A stretch of DNA of 64,000 bases from Candidatus Moraniibacteriota bacterium (GTDB taxonomy: Bacteria > Patescibacteriota > Minisyncoccia > Moranbacterales > UBA1568). This document shows positions 58,430 through 64,000 of the stretch, piece by piece (positions within the stretch are counted from its first letter, which is position 1; every line of letters begins with the position of its first letter). The notes below the pieces were generated by a model, which saw only the letters and a list, made by a program, of their open reading frames with translations, did not search any database and was not told the DNA's origin. Both the position numbers and the translations under genes were made by a program. The stretch covers positions 98,761 to 162,760 of the forward strand of contig JAQTRS010000001.1 of NCBI GenBank assembly GCA_028711705.1, in the 5' to 3' direction.

Positions 58430-58466
58430 AAACCGGCCAGACGATTTATCGTAAAGCCGGTTTTCT
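58430..58466. terminator. Bidirectional terminator between the SNF2 gene (+) and the GT-C gene (-)
   Basis: aaaccggc-N18-gccggtttt. Confidence 0.65.
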
Positions 58467-58483
58467 GACTGCGCGTACATCGG

Positions 58484-60022
58484 TCAGAAGCGATAGACAC
58501 TCACCTGGCCGCGAACTGCCGGGTTACTGACGCGCTCCATGGTCTTTTCGATAAGCTTCATCGCGTCATGGGAAACGAAGGTATCATCGTTATCCGAAAG
58601 GATGATCCAGCCGTGCGGATACTGCGCCAGTATGCCCTGCAGGCGCTCGAGCGTGAGCTTGTCCTTGGTCGCCTCACCGCCGATATTCTCGATGTGTGCG
58701 TGCGCGCCGGAAACATAGTAGCTACGCAGATCGCGCGTGATCAGGATATCTTCCACGCTGCGATTCTTCATGAAATAGCCGAACACTTTCTTGTACTGGG
58801 GATTATCCGACTGCGATGTCTGCGCATAGGTGTTATCGCTTTGGAAAAAATAGCCGTAATTCGGAAGCAGGAAAAGGCTCAGGACCAGGGCGGCCGCAAA
58901 GGTTTTCTTGCCGAATCCCGGCATATGCTTTTCGAAAAATCTGGCCACAGCATACACGCCGATCGCCACAAGCATTATCTTGAAGGGTTGCGCGAACGAG
59001 ATGTATTGCTCGCCGACATTCCTACGCCACATGAAGACCGCCATAAAAAGCGGCGTCAGAAACGACAGTGCAAGCCACAGACCCTCTTTGGTGAATTTTT
59101 CCTGGCGAATCATATATCCAACGCCGGCCGCCAGAAAAATCATCGCCAAAAGCGGCTGACTATAATCTTTCAGCACGATTTCGAAATAGCCATAGTGATT
59201 ATCCGGAAACGAGAAGGAGCTCGCCAAAAGCGCATAGGCTTCCGATGCGAAAAGCTGCAACCCGATAACGCCCGCTGCAAACCCGATGATGATGCACAGG
59301 TACTTATTGAATTGCCAGCCGCTCGTACGCACCGAAAGGATTGCCTGCACGATCGCATAGAAGAGGACGATAAAAACGATATTGGCGGTCAGAAGATGCA
59401 GATGCAGACTCAAGAGTCCCAAAACAATGGCGGGAATCACATACGCCAAGTTCAATCCGAATCGCTTCTGCATGGCGCGGAGCCAGCGTATCTTTCCCTG
59501 ATACCGCTCTTCCAAGACGCGATAGGTCATCCACGAAAACGTCAGGAACACCGAAACGAACATCGCATACATACGCAAGCGCCTGTCCATCACCAATGCC
59601 GAGATACTGACGGCATACAGGAAGGCGGCTATAAGACCGATTTCCTTGCGCTTGGTGAAAGAGACTGTCATATAAAATACCAGCAGCACCGTCACCACTC
59701 CCCACAGGGCGCTCACCGATCGCGCCGTTGCCTCTGTCGGAGGAAGGATACGAAAGAGTTGCGCCACCTGCCACTTATAGGCGAAAGCGCGCTCATCACG
59801 GGCGATATTGGCATTTTCAGCCGTATCGGGACGCTCGAAATCAAAATCCCACGCCTGCCATTCCCCTGTCTTGAAGTAGCCATAGGAGGCATTGATATCC
59901 AAGAATTCATCCGCCACGAACGAGGTCGCACCCAAGGCAAAGAATCGTAAGAAAGCCCCGACCAACACTACCGCCACCAGCACCTTCTTCCAATCCCTGA
60001 AAAAATTCACTATAGTCATCAT
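58484..60022 (-). CDS. GT-C fold glycosyltransferase, family 39/83 (ArnT/PMT-like)
   Basis: About 12 TM helices; first extracytoplasmic loop with the DE motif (SFVADEFLDINASYGY), characteristic of GT39/ArnT. Confidence 0.8.
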   Translation of the reverse strand: MMTIVNFFRDWKKVLVAVVLVGAFLRFFALGATSFVADEFLDINASYGYFKTGEWQAWDFDFERPDTAENANIARDERAFAYKWQVAQLFRILPPTEATARSVSALWGVVTVLLVFYMTVSFTKRKEIGLIAAFLYAVSISALVMDRRLRMYAMFVSVFLTFSWMTYRVLEERYQGKIRWLRAMQKRFGLNLAYVIPAIVLGLLSLHLHLLTANIVFIVLFYAIVQAILSVRTSGWQFNKYLCIIIGFAAGVIGLQLFASEAYALLASSFSFPDNHYGYFEIVLKDYSQPLLAMIFLAAGVGYMIRQEKFTKEGLWLALSFLTPLFMAVFMWRRNVGEQYISFAQPFKIMLVAIGVYAVARFFEKHMPGFGKKTFAAALVLSLFLLPNYGYFFQSDNTYAQTSQSDNPQYKKVFGYFMKNRSVEDILITRDLRSYYVSGAHAHIENIGGEATKDKLTLERLQGILAQYPHGWIILSDNDDTFVSHDAMKLIEKTMERVSNPAVRGQVSVYRF

Positions 60023-60045
60023 ATGCGGTTTACAAATAAATAATC

Positions 60046-61842
60046 CTACTCCCCCTCCTCATCGACAGGCTCGTCATCCGCGGATCCGCCCTGATGATTC
60101 CACCACTCGCTCCAGGTGTAGCGCTCGGGAACACCGGGCGCTGATGCGCTGCTTGACGCCTTCGCCTCGAATACCTGGCGCTTTCCGGTCACCGCTCCCG
60201 TTTTTGGCTGCAATTGGATGATTGTCAACGTGCCGAATGCTTTCCGGTCTATCACATCGTACACGGACGAGTATTTCGCGTTCAGCATTTCCGTATGGCC
60301 CGAACCCGTACGGAACACGAGAAAATAGTTCCCCTCAGCATACACGCCGCCGCTGAAACCGACAACATCGTTTTGCATGCCGCGGCGCTCCATAAGATAC
60401 TTAAGCCCCCGCCTATACTCCGGCTCGCTGAACATATATATCGGATACCCGTTCTTCGTTTGGAATGACTGCATATAGCTCACCACCTGCTCTTGCTGCT
60501 CCAGCGTGACGCGGGCCTTTTCCTTGAGTATCCGATCCGGCACTATGGCAACATTCTCAAACGAAGCCCGCTCCAGCTCGCGGAGGCGCTGCGTGACGAA
60601 GAACGTGTTGGAAACGATGAAAAGAAGCAATCCCAGCCACAAGACACGTGTCGCCATCACGGAGTATCTCCCGATATATCTTCTGATCTCAGCAAAGATC
60701 AGTCCGAGAAAAAGGAATGGGAAGGGCGTCACAAGCAGAAAAAATCGCGGGGAGAAATCATACGATAACGGGAGGAACAAGGCAAAGCATGCGCCCAGCC
60801 AGAGCATCGAAAGCGACAGGAAGTCCTTTTTGCGAACCTGCGTCTCCATCCACCACGCATGAAACAGCAGCACGATTCCCGATACGAATAGCAAAAGCGC
60901 TGTCAAAGCGGAAGCGAAATGCGTATGACACTCATCGCTGCAGGTCAATTCGAAATCAAAATTCCCTTTGCTCGCAAACTGCCCCATCGCGGATTCCTCA
61001 TGACCGGTCAATATCAGCCAGTATCCCAAGGCATGATTGGTGGTATTACGCACCAATTGCTCTGCGAACGTGTGATCCGATTTATTGGATTTCCCCTGCA
61101 CCGCCTGCAGGAATTCCTGCGTATTGGCACCGCCGGTGATGGTTTCGTTCAGGATCATCGGGACATACAAGGCGATAACGATCGCTATCGCCGCAAGCCA
61201 CACCTTAAGCGAAAAGCGCGGCCGCTTCATAAGCAAAAACGCACCGACGATAATCGGAAGCGAAACGAAAGCAAGAAAATGCAGATGCGTCGCGAATCCG
61301 AGTAAGAATGCCGACCCTGCAAGCCAACGCCCGCGATGAGCATCGCTTGTATCGACCGCCCGAAGCAGCGCATACATACCAAACAGCATGAAAAACGGCA
61401 ACGGGTTCGGATTCCACGAAAAGCGTCCGTAGAGCACCAAAAAGGCCGAGACCGAAAACAGGAGCGTCAGTCCCAGAGCGATCCGGAACGGCAGATATCT
61501 CCGTATAAAGGCATAGAACACAAGGATCGATGCGATGGACAGCAATGCGATGAGAGCGACCCGTCCTCCGGGGGTATTGCCGAACACCATTGCGCTTACG
61601 TATTCCAAATAATAAAAACCTGGGCCGAGGCGCAAAAATGTCCCGCCGGCCCGGGGCCCGAGCAGCGGCAGGCTTCCGGGGCCATCATTGACCGCCAGAT
61701 CGATAACCCTCGCATCCCGTGCCTGATCGATCTCGAAATGCAGCCAATCGGACACATGATACAGACGCAAAAACGCGCCCAAACAAAGGATGAGAGCCAG
61801 GGAAATCAAGATACTTTTGCGACGTGAAAAAAATTCCTCCAC
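60046..61842 (-). CDS. GT-C fold glycosyltransferase, family 39/83 (ArnT/PMT-like), paralog
   Basis: Polytopic; first loop HFEIDQARDARV (a DE-like motif); an approximately 200-aa C-terminal soluble domain. Confidence 0.75.
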   Translation of the reverse strand: MEEFFSRRKSILISLALILCLGAFLRLYHVSDWLHFEIDQARDARVIDLAVNDGPGSLPLLGPRAGGTFLRLGPGFYYLEYVSAMVFGNTPGGRVALIALLSIASILVFYAFIRRYLPFRIALGLTLLFSVSAFLVLYGRFSWNPNPLPFFMLFGMYALLRAVDTSDAHRGRWLAGSAFLLGFATHLHFLAFVSLPIIVGAFLLMKRPRFSLKVWLAAIAIVIALYVPMILNETITGGANTQEFLQAVQGKSNKSDHTFAEQLVRNTTNHALGYWLILTGHEESAMGQFASKGNFDFELTCSDECHTHFASALTALLLFVSGIVLLFHAWWMETQVRKKDFLSLSMLWLGACFALFLPLSYDFSPRFFLLVTPFPFLFLGLIFAEIRRYIGRYSVMATRVLWLGLLLFIVSNTFFVTQRLRELERASFENVAIVPDRILKEKARVTLEQQEQVVSYMQSFQTKNGYPIYMFSEPEYRRGLKYLMERRGMQNDVVGFSGGVYAEGNYFLVFRTGSGHTEMLNAKYSSVYDVIDRKAFGTLTIIQLQPKTGAVTGKRQVFEAKASSSASAPGVPERYTWSEWWNHQGGSADDEPVDEEGE

Positions 61843-61927
61843 TTTCTTTTTTTAGCTTTTTAGACTAGAATACAGTTATCTTTTATGGTTCTATTATAAA
61901 CGAATTCCTAATCTTTGTCGAAAAAAT

Positions 61928-64000
61928 ATGAGCACCATGTTTCAGCGTACGGAGCACAAAATCCTCGCGACGCTTGCGGGATTACTTGGCCTAAATACGG
62001 TATTTTTTATAGTGCGTGAAATCGAACCGCTCAATTTTCTCGTCATCACCCAAGACACCCATATCTTCTACCTTATCTACGCCGCCCTGGGCATCATGAC
62101 CGCCGGAACGATCGCCTTCTATGCCGAATCCGTCCGTTGGCGCGAATGGATCACCAAAAAACTCCTCGTCTTTTTCCCTACCGCCTTTTTGCTCATTTTC
62201 GGCCTTTTCGAATCGAAACATTTCCACTACATCTTCCAAATCTTCGTCGGGTTCTACATCATCACTGCCGGACTCGTGCTCATCAGCCTGTATCATACCA
62301 CCATCGCGAAGACCCGCAAAGAGACGGCTCCGCTGGGCGCAAGGCAATGGTTCCGCAAGCAAAAGACCGCCACGCTGGTGCTCCTCACCTTGCTCGTCGC
62401 CGTGAACCTCGGCTTCGGCACCTACCGTATCGCTCAATTCGCGGCCGTCGATGAGGCGCTCTGGACATTCGGGAAGCGTATCAGCAAGTACTGGAACAAT
62501 ATCAGCGAACGGGAATGGAGCAAAACGACCGTCAGCGACAAGCCGGGCGTGACCGTCGCCATCATCTCGGGCGCCGGACTGATTTTCGAGGACCCCAAAG
62601 ACTTCAAACCGGTCAAATCGACCGGCACGACGCTGCATCCCAAGGACGATATCACCAAGATGAATTTCGCCCTGCGGTTCCCTATCCTCCTGTTCACCTC
62701 GCTCATGCTACCGGTATTCTATTTCTTCCTTGAAAGACTCTTTGGGAGAAGGAAGGCGCTCATATCGACCATCCTTATCGGCACGTCGCCCATCCTTTTG
62801 GGCATGGCGCGCATCATCAACCCGGATTCCATCCTCTGGGTATTCGCCCCGCTTTCGATGATAAGCTACCTCGCCTTCCTGAAACGGCGCAATCTCCATT
62901 ACCTCTACTGGACCGGCATCTTCCTCGGTCTCGCGCTGCTCACCAAGTACGTCGCCAATATCCTCTTCATCTTTTTCTTTGCGCTCATCTTCCTCGAATA
63001 CCTCTTGACCGACAAGGAAACGAGAAAGACTCTCGATTTTTCCGACTATATGAAGCAATCCTTCCTACGCTACGCGATCATCACCTTCATCGCCCTCGCC
63101 GTATTCTATATCCCGTATCCGGCCGCCTGGGTCAAACCGTCCAAACTCCTCAACGCGACACTCCTCAGTCAGGCCTTCGAAAGCACCTGGCCGCTCTTCA
63201 TCGGCTGCCTTTCCTTCATCCTCATCGATCAGTGGGCTCTCAAAAACAGGGTCACCAAGGGTATTCTCGACGCCATCGCCGACAAAAAGCAGTGGCTATC
63301 CGTGGTCATCCTTTCCCTGTTCTCCGCATCGGTGCTCTTCGCGATCGTCAACACCCTGGGCCATATGCAATGGTATAATTTCCCGGAAATCCTCGCTTCT
63401 CCGAAATCCTCCTATCTGACCGCCGGGTTCACGGGCGTCTTTCTCACCAATTTCTACCCGCTCCTTTTCGGCATCCATCCGTTGGCGCTCATCGCCATCA
63501 TCGCGCTCACCTTCTTCCTCTATAAAAACTCCAAACAACTCACCCACACCTATCAATCCAGCCTCTACCTCATCCTCTTCATCCTCCTCTACTATCTAGG
63601 CACCACCATCAATCATGTCGCAACCATTTTCCGCTACCAAATCATGCTCTTCCCGATCATATTGATTCTTGCCGGCATCGCGCTCGCCACGTTCTTCAGG
63701 ATAGCGGAGAAACAATATCCGCGTATCAGCTTCAATGTCAGCGCACTCATCACGCTTATCATCGCCGCCTCATCGCTTTGGCTCTCATCCCCGCTCCACC
63801 TCGGGTATGCCTCCGGACTTCTCCCTCATCGATACCATATCGATATCAAGGACATGGGCACGGGAAGCTATGAGGCCGCCGCCTTCCTCAACACCCTTCC
63901 TGACGCCAAAAACATCACCATTTGGTCGGATAAGAACGGCGTCTGCACCTTCTTCGTCGGAAATTGCTACAGCAGCTTCAATTTCTCGAACCTCAAGAAC
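61928..64000 (+). CDS. Polytopic membrane protein, 3'-truncated by the window end (probable further GT-C-like glycosyltransferase). Absent from the ORF track.
   Basis: Manual translation from the ATG at 61928 (MSTMFQRTEHKILATLAGLLGLNTVFFIV...) stays open for about 690 codons to position 64000, with at least 12 hydrophobic helices. The listed minus-strand ORFs 61991-63556 are its antisense shadows. Confidence 0.6.
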   Translation, partial: MSTMFQRTEHKILATLAGLLGLNTVFFIVREIEPLNFLVITQDTHIFYLIYAALGIMTAGTIAFYAESVRWREWITKKLLVFFPTAFLLIFGLFESKHFHYIFQIFVGFYIITAGLVLISLYHTTIAKTRKETAPLGARQWFRKQKTATLVLLTLLVAVNLGFGTYRIAQFAAVDEALWTFGKRISKYWNNISEREWSKTTVSDKPGVTVAIISGAGLIFEDPKDFKPVKSTGTTLHPKDDITKMNFALRFPILLFTSLMLPVFYFFLERLFGRRKALISTILIGTSPILLGMARIINPDSILWVFAPLSMISYLAFLKRRNLHYLYWTGIFLGLALLTKYVANILFIFFFALIFLEYLLTDKETRKTLDFSDYMKQSFLRYAIITFIALAVFYIPYPAAWVKPSKLLNATLLSQAFESTWPLFIGCLSFILIDQWALKNRVTKGILDAIADKKQWLSVVILSLFSASVLFAIVNTLGHMQWYNFPEILASPKSSYLTAGFTGVFLTNFYPLLFGIHPLALIAIIALTFFLYKNSKQLTHTYQSSLYLILFILLYYLGTTINHVATIFRYQIMLFPIILILAGIALATFFRIAEKQYPRISFNVSALITLIIAASSLWLSSPLHLGYASGLLPHRYHIDIKDMGTGSYEAAAFLNTLPDAKNITIWSDKNGVCTFFVGNCYSSFNFSNLKN

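Noticed and set aside
58568-59950. 460-aa + strand ORF
   Set aside because: Antisense to the GT-C glycosyltransferase 58484..60022; Arg/His-rich and implausible.
61991-63556. Minus-strand ORFs 61991..62638, 62434..62706, 62708..63058 and 63296..63556
   Set aside because: Antisense to the unlisted + strand membrane-protein ORF that runs from 61928 to the window end.
1-64000. CRISPR arrays, rRNA genes, UGA recoding
   Set aside because: No regularly spaced direct repeats seen, and no 16S/23S/5S-like segments. prfB carries the standard UGA frameshift site, and all well-supported CDSs end at conventional stops.

Overview
This 64 kb window looks like a compact, roughly 50% GC bacterial chromosome segment under standard code 11, not a mobile element; prfB keeps the canonical CUU-UGA-C +1 frameshift site, so UGA is a stop. 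Gene content and style (leaderless TATACT promoters, many GT-C/GT4 glycosyltransferases, RtcB, minimal metabolism) fit a small-genome bacterium, possibly CPR/Patescibacteria-like. Contents in order: (1) a large copper-homeostasis cluster (about 330-9990, all on the minus strand) containing csoR, a secreted protein, an HMA-fused permease, copZ, copA, a Met-rich multicopper oxidase, SHOCT, DUF302, a CuA-type cupredoxin, two small membrane proteins (one His-rich DUF2933-like) and an ICMT-like methyltransferase; (2) housekeeping genes: an RsuA/RluB-type pseudouridine synthase and an ABC-F ATPase; (3) a glycan catabolism group: two adjacent proteins each built of tandem GH130 modules, plus a PMI-type cupin; (4) an AT-rich islet (Nudix remnant plus a Cys-rich 243-aa protein) abutting tRNA-Gln; (5) ftsX, ftsE, prfB, tRNA-Thr with a partial 5' duplicate, a tandem DsbA-like oxidoreductase and several small DUF proteins; (6) the heat-shock locus hrcA-grpE ... 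dnaK, with two CIRCE operators, split by a 3.5 kb insert encoding a thumb-less mini reverse transcriptase (236 aa) with its own consensus promoter, a structured 250-nt non-coding stretch and three unknown proteins, which is my best candidate for an undescribed RT/ncRNA (retron- or DRT-like) system; (7) yidD, corA-like, cysS, dnaB, recR; (8) a cell-envelope glycosylation cluster (sugar dehydrogenase, GT2, two GT4, Wzx-like flippase, three GT-C ArnT/PMT-like proteins, large membrane proteins) with rtcB and a Tmk-like kinase embedded, plus a SWIM-SNF2 helicase. A 70-nt palindromic repeat family (tgtcatcccgagc...cggaatgaca) occurs four times, three of them inserted in-frame inside cysS, a GT4 gene and rtcB, much like Rickettsia palindromic elements. 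A 175-nt element bounded by perfect 22-bp inverted repeats lies between two genes. Two ORFs that run off the window ends (complement 1..319 and 61928..64000) are absent from the supplied ORF track. No CRISPR arrays or rRNA genes were seen.
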